The notes: generated from the sequence alone by a model not told the origin. A DNA stretch of 52,731 nt from Bacteroidales bacterium (GCA_028282585.1 JANQHR010000060.1:1-52731); one strand, 5' to 3'. Positions 8,880 through 20,149 are shown, counted from the stretch's first letter. Numbers and translations: made by a program.

Positions 8880-11189
8880 ATGGCTAATAAATCAAAAAAG
8901 AAAAGCAAAACCAATTGGAAAAAACAACTATTTAAAATCATTATTTCAGGTATACTGATTTTAGGAATGTTTATGTTTTCTTTGGTACTGCTAATTAGGA
9001 TTGGTGCATTTGGTGAATTGCCAGGCTATGCCGAATTAAAAAAAATAAGAAATAATACAGCTACAAATATTTATTCGGTCGACAATAAGTTGTTAGGTAG
9101 ATATTATCATCAAAACAGAACAAATGCAAGATTTGAAGATATCCCGGATCATTTAATAAAAGCATTGGTGGCAACGGAGGACGTGCGTTTCTTCAAACAT
9201 AAAGGCCTGGATTTCAGAAGTACAATGCGAGTTTTGGTAAAAACTGTGATGATGTTTGATCGTAGCTCCGGTGGTGGAAGTACTTTAAGCCAGCAATTAG
9301 CAAAGAATTTATATGGTAGAGCTGATCATGGAATTTTTACAATTCCAGTGGCAAAAATCAAAGAAATTATTCTAGCACGGCGAATTGAAAAGTTGTATTC
9401 AAAAGAAGAAATCCTTGAACTTTATTTAAATACGGTCTCTTTTGGTGAAAACACTTATGGAATCGAAACTGCATCAATTATTTTCTTTGGCAAACAACCT
9501 TCCGAGTTAAAAATTGAAGAATCGGCGGTTTTAGTCGGACTTTTAAAAGCAAATACCAGTTATAATCCTCGTATGAATAAAGACGCGTCGCTAAAACGTA
9601 GAAATATTGTTTTGGGTCAGATGCATAAATATGGTTTTTTAAAAAGTGCTGAGGTTGATTCAATAAAAAAGATACCTGTTTCGATTAAATATAGAAAGTT
9701 AACATATACGGAAGGCCCAGCACCTTATTTCAGAGAATATGTAAGAAAGGAATGTTCCCGAATTCTAGAAAATTCGAAACGACAAGATGGCTCATCATAT
9801 AATCTTTATACCGATGGTTTAAAAGTGTATACAACCCTAAATGGCACTATGCAAGAGTATTTAGAAGAAGTTGTTAAGAGCCACATGTCTAAGCTTCAGG
9901 TAATATTTGATAGGCATTGGGAAGGAGAAGAACCATGGTTAGCAGATCCAAATCTGGCAATGTTACAAATAAAACAGAGTAATTCTTATAAATCTTTAAT
10001 TAAAAAAGGATTAACACATAATGATGCTATGGTTGCAATGAAAGTACCGCATAAAACGGAAATCTTTACCTGGGAAGGTGTAAAAGATACTACTATTTCA
10101 TCATTAGATTCATTATTACACCATTTTAAAATGTTGCAAATAGGTTCGTTGGTAATGAATGGTAAAAATGGAGATATTCTAGCTTGGGTAGGTGGAATTA
10201 ATTACAAGTATTTTAAATATGATCATGTTACTTCAAAACGACAGGCGGGTTCTACTATAAAGCCTATTGTATATGCATCAGCAATAAGAAGTGGAATTAA
10301 ACCTTGTGATTTTTTTGAGAATGATAGTGCTGTTTACGAAGATTATGACGATTGGACACCTCAAAACTCAGATGGTGAATATGGAGGTTATTATTCTGTA
10401 AAAGGAGCTTTAACAAATTCAATAAATACCGTAAGTGTTAAACTTTTATTGCAGGCTGGAATTGATTCTACAATTCAATTAGCCAAAGACTTTGGAATTG
10501 AATCGTATTTACCTCCGGTTCCCTCGATGGCACTTGGTACGGGTGAAGTTTCGCTTTACGAAATGGTTAGATCTTATACAGTTTTTTTAAATAATGGAAA
10601 AAATATTGAACCCCGAATTATAAGAAGAATAGAAGATTCAAATGGAAATGTACTTTATTCGGATCTTGCCCATGAACCAAAAGATACTATTGTAAATGAA
10701 GATGTTGCGAATACGGTATTAGAAATGATGAAAGGTGTTGTTGATCGTGGAACAGCTAGTAGTTTAAGAACTATATGGAATTTCGAAGGAGATTTTGTAG
10801 GTAAAACAGGTACAACCCAAAATAATACTGATGCATGGTTTATTGGTATGAACCCAAAATTGGTTGCAGGTGTTTGGGTTGGAGGTGATAATCCTGTAGT
10901 TAGATTTAAAACAACCAATTACGGACAAGGAGCATATTCAGCTTTACCCGTGTTTGCAAACTTTTTCAAAAAACTTTATTCAGATCGAAAATATGCTTAT
11001 CTTGGAAATGAAAAATTTAATATAACCGATTCTACTGGTTTACAATTAGATTGCAATGATTTTGACGAAGAAGGCGAACCTCGTATTATTGAATTGTTCA
11101 AATCAGAAGATGAAAATATAGGTGACTTTATAAAGAGAATATTCAAACGTAAAAAAGACAGGCAAAAACAAAAAGAAAAACACCAATAA
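8880..11189 (+). CDS. Class A penicillin-binding protein (PBP1A; transglycosylase-transpeptidase)
   Basis: N-terminal TM; EDVRF, GGSTLSQQL and LYLN glycosyltransferase motifs; STIK, SIN and KTG transpeptidase motifs. Confidence 0.92.
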   Translation: MANKSKKKSKTNWKKQLFKIIISGILILGMFMFSLVLLIRIGAFGELPGYAELKKIRNNTATNIYSVDNKLLGRYYHQNRTNARFEDIPDHLIKALVATEDVRFFKHKGLDFRSTMRVLVKTVMMFDRSSGGGSTLSQQLAKNLYGRADHGIFTIPVAKIKEIILARRIEKLYSKEEILELYLNTVSFGENTYGIETASIIFFGKQPSELKIEESAVLVGLLKANTSYNPRMNKDASLKRRNIVLGQMHKYGFLKSAEVDSIKKIPVSIKYRKLTYTEGPAPYFREYVRKECSRILENSKRQDGSSYNLYTDGLKVYTTLNGTMQEYLEEVVKSHMSKLQVIFDRHWEGEEPWLADPNLAMLQIKQSNSYKSLIKKGLTHNDAMVAMKVPHKTEIFTWEGVKDTTISSLDSLLHHFKMLQIGSLVMNGKNGDILAWVGGINYKYFKYDHVTSKRQAGSTIKPIVYASAIRSGIKPCDFFENDSAVYEDYDDWTPQNSDGEYGGYYSVKGALTNSINTVSVKLLLQAGIDSTIQLAKDFGIESYLPPVPSMALGTGEVSLYEMVRSYTVFLNNGKNIEPRIIRRIEDSNGNVLYSDLAHEPKDTIVNEDVANTVLEMMKGVVDRGTASSLRTIWNFEGDFVGKTGTTQNNTDAWFIGMNPKLVAGVWVGGDNPVVRFKTTNYGQGAYSALPVFANFFKKLYSDRKYAYLGNEKFNITDSTGLQLDCNDFDEEGEPRIIELFKSEDENIGDFIKRIFKRKKDRQKQKEKHQ

Positions 11190-11274
11190 ATTATATTTTA
11201 AGCTTTTACAGAACTTGTGTTTATTTCAAAAAAAAGTATAATTGTTATAAAAATTCAACTCTAATTTTCATAAT

Positions 11275-12324
11275 ATGCGGACCTACAAGATACTTGTTGT
11301 TGAAGATGACCCTGTTTATTTAAGAATTTTGAGCCATATACTTATTGAGCTTGATAAAAAAATTAAGATACTTCAAACAGATAATGGCCTTAATGCACTG
11401 GAAATCTTAAAAAAAGAAATACCTGATTTAATTATAACCGACTGGGATATGCCACAGATGAGTGGAATAGAATTTTGTGAACGAATAAGAGCTAACCAAG
11501 ATTTTAAGGATATACCTGTTATAATGTGTACAGGAATTAATAAATCTTCAGAAAACCTCAAAACTGCTTTCGAATCAGGAGTTGTCGATTTTGTCAGGAA
11601 ACCAATTGATAAAATGGAACTAATGTCCAGGGTTAATTCGATGCTTAAATTATCAGAATCTTATCAGACCATAAAAAAGCAAAAAGAGCAAATTGAAACT
11701 GAAAAATACAAATCTGACCAATTATTGCTCAATATATTGCCACAAAAAATAGCTGATGATTTAAAAGAAAAAGGTAAAACTAAGCCTGAGTTATTCAAAA
11801 ATGTATCAGTACTTTATAGTGATATTGTTGATTTTACAGAAAAAACCTTAAAAATCCCTGCTAATATATTATTAGAGGAACTTAATGATCTTATAAAAGC
11901 ATTTGATGCTATAATGATTAAAAATAATTGTGAGAAGATTAAGACGGTAGGCGACGCCTATATTGCAGTCTGCGGATTACCTGTTCCAAATGAAAAACAT
12001 GCTGAACATATTATTAATGCATCAAAAGACATTATTTCTTTCCTAGAACAGAGAAATGTTTTAAGTAAATATAAATGGGAGGTTAGAATAGGGATTGATA
12101 GTGGAGAAGTAGTTGGAGGAATTATAGGAACGCAAAAATATATTTATGATATATTTGGCGACCCTGTAAATACAGCATCGCGATTGGAACACAGTTCTGA
12201 AATGATGAGAATTAACCTTTCAGAAAGAACATATAATTTAGTAAAGGATAAATTCGAATTCGAAGAAAAAGCTCCTCTTGAAATTAAAGGTAAAGGAGTA
12301 ATGAAAATGTATTTTGTTAAATAA
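11275..12324 (+). CDS. Response-regulator receiver fused to a class III adenylate cyclase
   Basis: REC domain (VEDD, DWDMP, KP); cyclase motifs SDIVDFT, KTVGDAY and YDIFGDPVNTASR, with Lys/Asp indicating ATP specificity. Confidence 0.88.
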   Translation: MRTYKILVVEDDPVYLRILSHILIELDKKIKILQTDNGLNALEILKKEIPDLIITDWDMPQMSGIEFCERIRANQDFKDIPVIMCTGINKSSENLKTAFESGVVDFVRKPIDKMELMSRVNSMLKLSESYQTIKKQKEQIETEKYKSDQLLLNILPQKIADDLKEKGKTKPELFKNVSVLYSDIVDFTEKTLKIPANILLEELNDLIKAFDAIMIKNNCEKIKTVGDAYIAVCGLPVPNEKHAEHIINASKDIISFLEQRNVLSKYKWEVRIGIDSGEVVGGIIGTQKYIYDIFGDPVNTASRLEHSSEMMRINLSERTYNLVKDKFEFEEKAPLEIKGKGVMKMYFVK

Positions 12325-12327
12325 TTT

Positions 12328-13551
12328 TCAATTATTTTTTCTTTTAATTTCTTGAACTTTCCAGTAAGTAAGACTTCTCCAAAGCCATTCAAAAGGTCCA
12401 AATTTGAAATGCTTTATCCAAATAGGAGATATAATTAGCTGTATTGCCCAAATTCCAAAAACGAACAGCACTTGTTGAGCTCTTTCAACCTGACCATATA
12501 AAGCTAACCCATGACCATAAAAAATAAACGTTCCAATTATTGATTGTATTAAATAATTAGATAAAGCCGTTTGCCCAACAGCTTGTAAACTTTTTGTAAG
12601 CCAGTTTTTTTTGAATGATAATAGTAATAACATAACAATTCCAATATAACCTAACGCAACTAAAATACTTCCCCAGTAATTATATTGCGATCCAATGAAA
12701 AATGAATATTCCATGGAGAAATTATGATTAAAATTTTTAATTAAACCCAGGCCTATAATTAAATACCCGAACAATAATACGATAATGACTAGTTTAATGT
12801 AAAATCGTTTAGATTTTTGGGCAGATAAAACACCCCATTTGTATAGTGCCATTCCTATAAGCATTAACCCGCTGGATCTCCAACCATATAAGAAGAAATA
12901 AAGAAATGTTTGCATTTCAATAGATTCAGGAATTCTAATTTCCATTTGTTCTAAATAGCTTCCGGAATATAATTTAATTTCTCTTGTAACAGATTCAGCT
13001 GCCGGCAACCAGTTTTCCATTATTCCGGCTTTTGAAGCTTCTGGCATAAAAGGAATTGAAAATCCTGTAAATAGATATAAAATCGATGCAATTGACGTAA
13101 ATATAATACCAACAATAAGCAAAGACCTTGCTTTCTTTTTACGAAATAGAACTACCCAAAGAGCAGATACTCCATAAGCAACAAGAATATCACCATACCA
13201 TATTAGGTATGCATGTAATAAGCCGATTATAATTAACCAAAATGTTCTTCGATAATGTATATTAAGCGATTTTATTTCTTTTTCTTTCAATCTTTCTGTA
13301 AAAAGTATTATTCCCGCACCAAAAAGAATAGAGAATATAGACATGAATTTAGAATCTGCAACGATGTGACTAATTATCCATACAATTTTATTAATACCAG
13401 TAAAATCGCCATACGCAATAGGATTTATATAGGCTGCACCAATCATTGACATACTTTGAATGTTCATGATTAAAATTCCAAGTATTGCAAATCCTCTTAA
13501 AATATCCAGAGATATTATTCTTTCCGATAATGAAGTAGGAGTAACATTCAT
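12328..13551 (-). CDS. DUF418/YeiB family membrane protein
   Basis: RIISLDILRGFAILGI, FSILFGAG, GDILVAY, ALSNYLIQS and GPFEWLWRSLTY motifs. Confidence 0.9.
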   Translation of the reverse strand: MNVTPTSLSERIISLDILRGFAILGILIMNIQSMSMIGAAYINPIAYGDFTGINKIVWIISHIVADSKFMSIFSILFGAGIILFTERLKEKEIKSLNIHYRRTFWLIIIGLLHAYLIWYGDILVAYGVSALWVVLFRKKKARSLLIVGIIFTSIASILYLFTGFSIPFMPEASKAGIMENWLPAAESVTREIKLYSGSYLEQMEIRIPESIEMQTFLYFFLYGWRSSGLMLIGMALYKWGVLSAQKSKRFYIKLVIIVLLFGYLIIGLGLIKNFNHNFSMEYSFFIGSQYNYWGSILVALGYIGIVMLLLLSFKKNWLTKSLQAVGQTALSNYLIQSIIGTFIFYGHGLALYGQVERAQQVLFVFGIWAIQLIISPIWIKHFKFGPFEWLWRSLTYWKVQEIKRKNN

Positions 13552-13606
13552 ATTTGATATATTTTGAAAATTTAATTCGTAAATTACAAAAATAAAAAGT
13601 GAAGGT

Positions 13607-13873
13607 ATGAAAATTATTGTAAAGCAGCTCTCTGATACGGAGAAGAAATCAAAAGGAATTTATAATTGGCCAATTTGGGAGAAAGAAGTTTCAAGATTTG
13701 ATTGGTACTATGATTCAACAGAACACTGCCAGATTTTGGAAGGCAGAGTTATTATTGAAACGGATGAAGGAAATTTAGAAGTTAAAGCAGGCGATTTTGT
13801 TACGTTTCCAAAAGGATTAAAATGTATTTGGGATATCAAAGAAGATATAAAAAAGCACTATAAATTTGAGTAA
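13607..13873 (+). CDS. Cupin domain protein (DUF861/EutQ-like)
   Basis: WPIWEKEVSRFDWYY, E-x-C-x-ILEG and GDFVTFPKG motifs. Confidence 0.85.
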   Translation: MKIIVKQLSDTEKKSKGIYNWPIWEKEVSRFDWYYDSTEHCQILEGRVIIETDEGNLEVKAGDFVTFPKGLKCIWDIKEDIKKHYKFE

Positions 13874-13912
13874 AAACTATACTCACCTAACTTAAAAGTA
13901 AGTATAGTTTTT
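13872..13912. terminator. Bidirectional terminator between convergent genes
   Basis: AAAAACTATACT...AGTATAGTTTTT inverted repeat. Confidence 0.65.
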
Positions 13913-13916
13913 TAAC

Positions 13917-14741
13917 TTATAAGTTTCTTTTGTTAATAAGTATTATTGATAAAGCAATAAAAAACCCTATATAACCTGAGGCGATTAACACGGTTAACCC
14001 TAATGGTAGCTCTTCAGGTAATATACCTATTTCTGAAAAATCTAGTTGACTTGTTCCGGTTGTTCCGGTATATTCCGTTTCAGATGTCATGGTAAGCACT
14101 TCGGGCCTTGGTGTTAAGTTTGAAATAATTTTTAAAGGAAAGAATCTTCTGGCTTCTTGGTTAAAAAATAGTCTGATAATTCCTTCAATCGGAAAATATA
14201 GTATAAACAGAATTATTGACAAAGCAGTATTTCTAAACAGCATAGCGAAAAGAAGTCCTAAAGTCATATAACCAATAGCTTGTATAAAATAAACAAACAG
14301 TAGATAAGAGTGATCCAACATTATATTAATTGTAATATCCTTGGTATTTATCAATCCAAAAATTAGTACCGCAATTAGCACCATAATAAAAGTATATATT
14401 GCGATAGTAAAAATGAAAAGTAACTTACCTGAGATAAGATCATTTCTACTTAATCCATCAATCACATTTTGTCTAAATGTTCTGAAAGAAAATTCATTTC
14501 CAACTAATGTAATTAATACAATTGTAAGGAAAATATTAAACCAGCTGGCAACCCAGGGGAAAAATGTCCAAATGTTTGGAAACTGATAAAGTCCTTTAAT
14601 AGAGAATCCAGGTACGGTTATGTGCCATCGGGAAACTACCAACACTACTAGGAAAAAGAGTACAAAATGAATAATCATCAAGGTTTTAAATGCAGGATAT
14701 GATAGTGCTTTTATTTTTTCAAGAGTGAAAAGTTTTTTCAT
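13917..14741 (-). CDS. ABC-2 type transporter permease
   Basis: About six TM helices, NEFSFRTFRQNVIDGLSR loop; follows an ABC ATPase. Confidence 0.85.
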   Translation of the reverse strand: MKKLFTLEKIKALSYPAFKTLMIIHFVLFFLVVLVVSRWHITVPGFSIKGLYQFPNIWTFFPWVASWFNIFLTIVLITLVGNEFSFRTFRQNVIDGLSRNDLISGKLLFIFTIAIYTFIMVLIAVLIFGLINTKDITINIMLDHSYLLFVYFIQAIGYMTLGLLFAMLFRNTALSIILFILYFPIEGIIRLFFNQEARRFFPLKIISNLTPRPEVLTMTSETEYTGTTGTSQLDFSEIGILPEELPLGLTVLIASGYIGFFIALSIILINKRNL

Positions 14742-14768
14742 CTTTTTATAATTTAATCTTTTAAAATC

Positions 14769-15656
14769 TTATTTAACTAGTTGTAAGAATTGATCTTCAA
14801 GACTTTGCTTTTTAACAACAATTTTCGATAACGGATATCCTTTTTCGTAACAAAACTTACTTAGATCTGTCGATTTATATATGCTTTTCAACACAACAGC
14901 CAGATCTTCTTCTTCTTTGTAAACGTTTGTTGCTAAATCAGAATCCTTTATTAAAACCATCAATTCATTTAGATTCTCGGCTTGTATATAAACTGTCTCA
15001 TCGGTGGATAATAGTTCTCCAACCTTTCCATTAGCAATTAGTTCGCCTGATTTAAGAATCGCAACGTGAGAGCAAACTTTTTCTACCTCATCTAAAATAT
15101 GGCTTGCTAGGATTATAGTTTTACCTTCTTTAGCCTGGGTTTGTATTATATGTCGAACTTCTGCGAATCCTTCCGGATCTAGTCCGTTCGTTGGTTCATC
15201 CAAAACTAAAACTTCCGGATTTCCGATTAACACAGATGCCATGGACATGCGTTGTTTCATTCCTAGTGAAAGATGTCCAAAATTCGTATGTTTTCTTTTT
15301 AATAGATTTGCAACACCCAGGGCATAATTAATATCATCTTCAGGCGCATTTTTTATTTTAGCAACGATTTTTAGATTTTCCCATAATGTTAAATAAGGGT
15401 AGAAATTTGGCGTTTCAACCAAAGATCCTATTCTACGACGAATTTGTTTTGTAAATGATTCTTCGAACCATTGAAAATGGCCACTATTTGCTTGTAAAAT
15501 CCCTAAAACTACAGCCAGCGTTGTTGTTTTACCACTTCCATTCGGGCCTAGTATTCCGTATACTTCACCTTTTTTAACTTCGAACGAAACATCTTGAATT
15601 GCTCGAATATTTCCGTAATTTTTACTAAGGTTGTTTATTTTTAATATTGTTTCCAC
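14769..15656 (-). CDS. ABC transporter ATP-binding protein (multidrug/BcrA-like)
   Basis: GPNGSGKT, LSLGMKQR and LDEPTNGLD; GTG at 15656 preferred because the longer ORF crosses the recQ terminator. Confidence 0.9.
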   Translation of the reverse strand: METILKINNLSKNYGNIRAIQDVSFEVKKGEVYGILGPNGSGKTTTLAVVLGILQANSGHFQWFEESFTKQIRRRIGSLVETPNFYPYLTLWENLKIVAKIKNAPEDDINYALGVANLLKRKHTNFGHLSLGMKQRMSMASVLIGNPEVLVLDEPTNGLDPEGFAEVRHIIQTQAKEGKTIILASHILDEVEKVCSHVAILKSGELIANGKVGELLSTDETVYIQAENLNELMVLIKDSDLATNVYKEEEDLAVVLKSIYKSTDLSKFCYEKGYPLSKIVVKKQSLEDQFLQLVK

Positions 15657-15680
15657 AAATACTTTTTTAAAAAGATTAAT

Positions 15681-15703
15681 AAAAAAAGGATGCATAAGCA
15701 TCC
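15681..15703 (-). terminator. Intrinsic terminator downstream of recQ
   Basis: GGATGC-4 nt-GCATCC hairpin followed by T7 on the minus strand. Confidence 0.6.
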
Positions 15704-15740
15704 CGAGCAAGTTATATTTTTTTTAGTAGATAACCATAAA

Positions 15741-17936
15741 TTAATTTCCTAACTCAGAGAAAAACTTAATTCTCATTAATCGTATTTCTTCTTCAGAGTA
15801 TTCTTCTTCACCTAATTCTTCCAATGCAGCTTCTATTGATTCTGTTTCTGCTTCTTCCCTGAAATATTCATAAATATCTTCTTGTTTTTCTTCATCAATA
15901 GTTTGATTGATATAATAATCAATGTTGAGCTTGGTTCCTGATTGTACAATTGATTCAATCTCCTCGATAAGCTGAGGCATCTCAATTCCTTTTGCATCGG
16001 CAATATCATCAAGCGACATTTGTCTGTCGATACTTTGAATAATATAAACCTTTAAACCGGATTTATTTACAACGGATTTCACCACCATATCCATTGGACG
16101 AATTATCTCTTTTTCCTCTACATACTTATTAATTAAATCAACAAATTTGGCTCCATATTTTTGTGCTTTCCCTGCACCAACACCTGCGATTCGTTGCATT
16201 TCATCTATAGTTATAGGATATTGGATCGCCATATCCTCTATGGATGGGTCCTGGAATATAACAAATGGAGGAAGATTTAAATCTTTTGCAACTTTTTTAC
16301 GCAAATCTTTTAGGATATTAAAAAGCTCCGTATCAACTGCAGCAGTTTTACCTTCACCAGATTTACCTTCTAATTCGTCATCTGCTGATTCGTAATCATG
16401 ATCTTTGGTTAATGTAAATGGTTTTGGGTTCTTGATAAATTCTTTTCCCTGATCACTTACACTTAATAAACCGTAATTTTCAATATCTTTATTAATAAAT
16501 CCGGCAACTAAAGCTTGGCGTAACACCGCATTCCAATATTTTGGATCTTCTTTTGAACCTTCTCCAAAAACCTCTAATTCGTGATGTTTATATGATCTAA
16601 TAGCAGTGTTTTTTACTCCGGCTACTACATTGGCTACATGCTCTGCTTTAAACTTTTCTTTAACAGCTACAATTGAATTTAAAGCTAAAACCACATCATC
16701 TTTTCCTTCGAATTGCTCCTTTGGATGGTTACAATTGTCGCAATTTTCACAATTTTCCTGATGGTACTCTTCTCCAAAATAGTGCAAGAGCATTTTTCTT
16801 CGACATACCGCACTTTCTGCATAGGAAACCGTTTCAATTAGAAGTTGCTTTCCAATTTCTTGTTCTGCTAAAGGTTTACCCTGCATAAATTTTTCCAGCT
16901 TTTGTATGTCTTTATAACTATAAAAGGAAATACATTTCCCTTCACCACCATCGCGGCCAGCTCTGCCTGTTTCCTGATAATAACCTTCTAAACTTTTTGG
17001 TATGTCATAATGAATTACAAAACGTACATCGGGTTTATCGATTCCCATTCCGAAAGCAATGGTTGCTACAATTACATCTACATCTTCCATTAAGAATTTA
17101 TCCTGATTGCCACTGCGGGTTGAAGCATCCATCCCGGCATGATACGGAAGGGCCTTTATTCCATTGACTTGCAAAATTTCTGCAAGTTCTTCAACTTTTT
17201 TTCTGCTTAAACAATAAATTATACCAGATTTTCCCGAGTTATTTTTAATAAACTTTATTATTTCTTTAGCTGCACTAACCTTGGGTCTTACCTCGTAATA
17301 AAGATTTTCTCTGTTAAACGAAGATTTAAAAACATTCGCATCCAGCATTTCCAGATTTTTCTGAATATCGCTCTGTACTTTTGGTGTTGCGGTTGCCGTT
17401 AAAGCTATAAGTGGTGCTACACCAATCTTATTTATAATAGGTCGAATACGTCTGTACTCAGGTCTAAAATCATGTCCCCACTCCGAAATACAGTGAGCTT
17501 CATCAACAGCATAGAAAGAAATTTTAGCTTGTTTTAAAAAAAGAATATTTTCTTCCTTTGTTAATGATTCGGGTGCAACGTAAAGCAATTTTGTTTTACC
17601 ATCTAAAACATCTTGCTTTACTTTCTGCATTTGTGTTTTAGTTAATGAAGAATTTAAAAAATGTGCAATGCCTTCTTCAGTACTAAAACCTCGCATAGCA
17701 TCAACCTGATTTTTCATTAAGGCAATTAAAGGAGATATAACAATTGCTGTCCCATCCATAATTAAGGAAGGTAGCTGATAGCATAATGATTTTCCTCCTC
17801 CGGTAGGCATTAAAACAAACGAATCGTTCCCATCAAGAACATTCCTTATCACTACCTCTTGATTTCCCTTAAATGTATCAAATCCAAAATATTTTTTGAG
17901 GTAATCCTTTAACGAAATATCTGCTCCTACGCTCAT
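15741..17936 (-). CDS. recQ: ATP-dependent DNA helicase RecQ
   Basis: MPTGGGKS, DEAHCISEWGHDFRP, QETGRAGRDG, Zn-binding cysteines, and RQC/HRDC regions. Confidence 0.96.
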   Translation of the reverse strand: MSVGADISLKDYLKKYFGFDTFKGNQEVVIRNVLDGNDSFVLMPTGGGKSLCYQLPSLIMDGTAIVISPLIALMKNQVDAMRGFSTEEGIAHFLNSSLTKTQMQKVKQDVLDGKTKLLYVAPESLTKEENILFLKQAKISFYAVDEAHCISEWGHDFRPEYRRIRPIINKIGVAPLIALTATATPKVQSDIQKNLEMLDANVFKSSFNRENLYYEVRPKVSAAKEIIKFIKNNSGKSGIIYCLSRKKVEELAEILQVNGIKALPYHAGMDASTRSGNQDKFLMEDVDVIVATIAFGMGIDKPDVRFVIHYDIPKSLEGYYQETGRAGRDGGEGKCISFYSYKDIQKLEKFMQGKPLAEQEIGKQLLIETVSYAESAVCRRKMLLHYFGEEYHQENCENCDNCNHPKEQFEGKDDVVLALNSIVAVKEKFKAEHVANVVAGVKNTAIRSYKHHELEVFGEGSKEDPKYWNAVLRQALVAGFINKDIENYGLLSVSDQGKEFIKNPKPFTLTKDHDYESADDELEGKSGEGKTAAVDTELFNILKDLRKKVAKDLNLPPFVIFQDPSIEDMAIQYPITIDEMQRIAGVGAGKAQKYGAKFVDLINKYVEEKEIIRPMDMVVKSVVNKSGLKVYIIQSIDRQMSLDDIADAKGIEMPQLIEEIESIVQSGTKLNIDYYINQTIDEEKQEDIYEYFREEAETESIEAALEELGEEEYSEEEIRLMRIKFFSELGN

Positions 17937-18178
17937 TCCTACATTAAATTATTTTATAAAACGGTTTAGGTCAACTGATAAAAGAAATAAAAAGTTTATT
18001 CCTGTGCAAATTTTTAAATTATTTCTAAAACATGTTTTAAAACGAAACCTTCAAAGATTATTTTAAAAATAAATACATTTGTACTCATAAATTTACAATA
18101 AAAATTTAAACTGATTATACCAAATCCAAGAATTTTATATACTTTTTGACTAAATGTTGGATTTTAAACCTGTATATA

Positions 18179-19135
18179 ATGAATATTATAGATTTAGCTA
18201 AAAATACAATTCTTCAAGAATCCGAATCGATAAAAAAACTGGCAGATTATATTGATAAAGATTTTGAGGAAACAGTAAAAATTATTTTTGAAAGTAAGGG
18301 AAGGGTTATAATTACAGGTATTGGTAAAAGTGCAAATATTGCTCAAAAAATTGTAGCTACATTAAATTCAACAGGCACACCTGCTATTTTTATGCACGCT
18401 GCCGACGCCATACACGGCGATTTAGGAATTATACAAGAAGATGACGTGATTATTTGTATTTCTAAAAGTGGAAATACTCCTGAAATTAAAGTATTGGTTC
18501 CTTTAATTAAAAATCGAAAAAATACATTAATTGGAGTGGTTTCAAATGCAGATTCTTTTTTAGGATTACAGGCTGATTATGTTTTAAAATCTACTGTTGA
18601 TAAGGAAGCTTGTCCTAATAACCTTGCCCCAACCAGCAGTACAACTGCACAGCTTGTTATCGGAGATGCTCTTGCGATATGTTTGTTAGAATACAGAGGA
18701 TTTTCAAGTGATGATTTCGCAAAATACCATCCCGGAGGAGCTTTAGGTAAGAAGTTATACATGCGTGTTAGTGATTTATATAAAAACAATGAAGTACCTG
18801 GAGTGCTAGAGGAAGAAAGTGTAAAAAATGTTATTATTGAAATCAGTTCAAAACGACTTGGCGCAACGGTTGTACTGGATAAATCAAATAGAGTCTTGGG
18901 AATTATAACAGATGGTGATATTAGACGAATGCTTCAAAAACATGAGTCATTTGAAGATCTTAAAGCAAAGGATATTATGTCTAACAACCCCAAAAAAGTG
19001 GACAAAGATGAATTAGCAATTAATGCTTTTAATGTAATGGAGAAAAACAATATTATGCAATTAGTTGTAATGAATGATGACAATTATGTTGGAATGGTTC
19101 ATTTGCACGATATTTTAAAGGAAGGAATAGTTTAG
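18179..19135 (+). CDS. kdsD: KpsF/GutQ family arabinose-5-phosphate isomerase (SIS + CBS)
   Basis: TGIGKS, HGDLG, SKSGNT, APTSSTT, HPGGALG and C-terminal CBS pair; ATG at 18179. Confidence 0.9.
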   Translation: MNIIDLAKNTILQESESIKKLADYIDKDFEETVKIIFESKGRVIITGIGKSANIAQKIVATLNSTGTPAIFMHAADAIHGDLGIIQEDDVIICISKSGNTPEIKVLVPLIKNRKNTLIGVVSNADSFLGLQADYVLKSTVDKEACPNNLAPTSSTTAQLVIGDALAICLLEYRGFSSDDFAKYHPGGALGKKLYMRVSDLYKNNEVPGVLEEESVKNVIIEISSKRLGATVVLDKSNRVLGIITDGDIRRMLQKHESFEDLKAKDIMSNNPKKVDKDELAINAFNVMEKNNIMQLVVMNDDNYVGMVHLHDILKEGIV

Positions 19136-19933
19136 ATGACAGAGAGCACAGAAGAAATGACTTTCCTTGAACATCTCGAAGAATTGAGATGGCATCTGAT
19201 TCGTGCATTTACAGCGGTTTTAATAATCGCCATTGGAGCATTTATTTTTCATGAAATTGTTTTTGATAAAATTATTCTTGCTCCAAAAAATCCGGAGTTT
19301 CTTACAAACAGACTTCTCTGTCTTTTAGGTGAGATGGTTAATATTTCGAAATTATGCATTAATACTGATCCTTTTCAGATAATTAGTATTAAAATGGCCG
19401 GACAATTTACAATTCATATTACAACTTCAATATTTGCTGGTATTATAATCGGCTTTCCTTATATTTTTTGGGAATTCTGGAGATTCATAAAACCAGCACT
19501 TTATGAAAAGGAAAGTAAGCATACTCGAGGCGCCGTAACGATCAGTTCTTTGCTTTTTTTAATAGGAGTTTTATTTGGATATTTTGTTATTGCTCCATTA
19601 TCGGTACATTTTTTAGGTTCATATAATGTAAGTGATGAGGTTATAAATCAAATAAATCTGAAATCTTATATTGGTACAATAACATCTGTAACGCTAGCTG
19701 CTGGATTAACATTTGAGCTTCCAATTTTAATTTACTTTTTAAGTAAAGCAGGATTGGTAACACCCCATTTTTTGAAAAAATACAGAAGACATTCCATAAT
19801 TGTAATATTAATTTTAGCAGCGACTATTACACCACCGGATATTTTTAGTTTAATTCTAGTTACATTCCCTCTTTTAATTTTATATGAAGCTGGAATAATT
19901 ATATCAAGAAAAATTCATGCGAAAATCAGTTAG
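19136..19933 (+). CDS. tatC: Twin-arginine translocase subunit TatC
   Basis: EHLEELR, FIKPALY, FELP and ITPPD motifs. Confidence 0.95.
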   Translation: MTESTEEMTFLEHLEELRWHLIRAFTAVLIIAIGAFIFHEIVFDKIILAPKNPEFLTNRLLCLLGEMVNISKLCINTDPFQIISIKMAGQFTIHITTSIFAGIIIGFPYIFWEFWRFIKPALYEKESKHTRGAVTISSLLFLIGVLFGYFVIAPLSVHFLGSYNVSDEVINQINLKSYIGTITSVTLAAGLTFELPILIYFLSKAGLVTPHFLKKYRRHSIIVILILAATITPPDIFSLILVTFPLLILYEAGIIISRKIHAKIS

Positions 19934-20149
19934 CAAATAAATCATTTAAGGAGAAGATTTAATGATTTTAGTCACTTTTTTTGTGCTTTTGTTGTAAATC
20001 AAATAATATTACCTAACTTTGAAATTAAGTTAAATTAATTTTTAATTAACATTACTAATTTCTGCTAACTTATTTAAAGATTAATTAACCACACCACTTT
20101 AAAATAATCTGCTTTGAAAGTTAGAATTAATTTTAAATTCATTTTTAAA

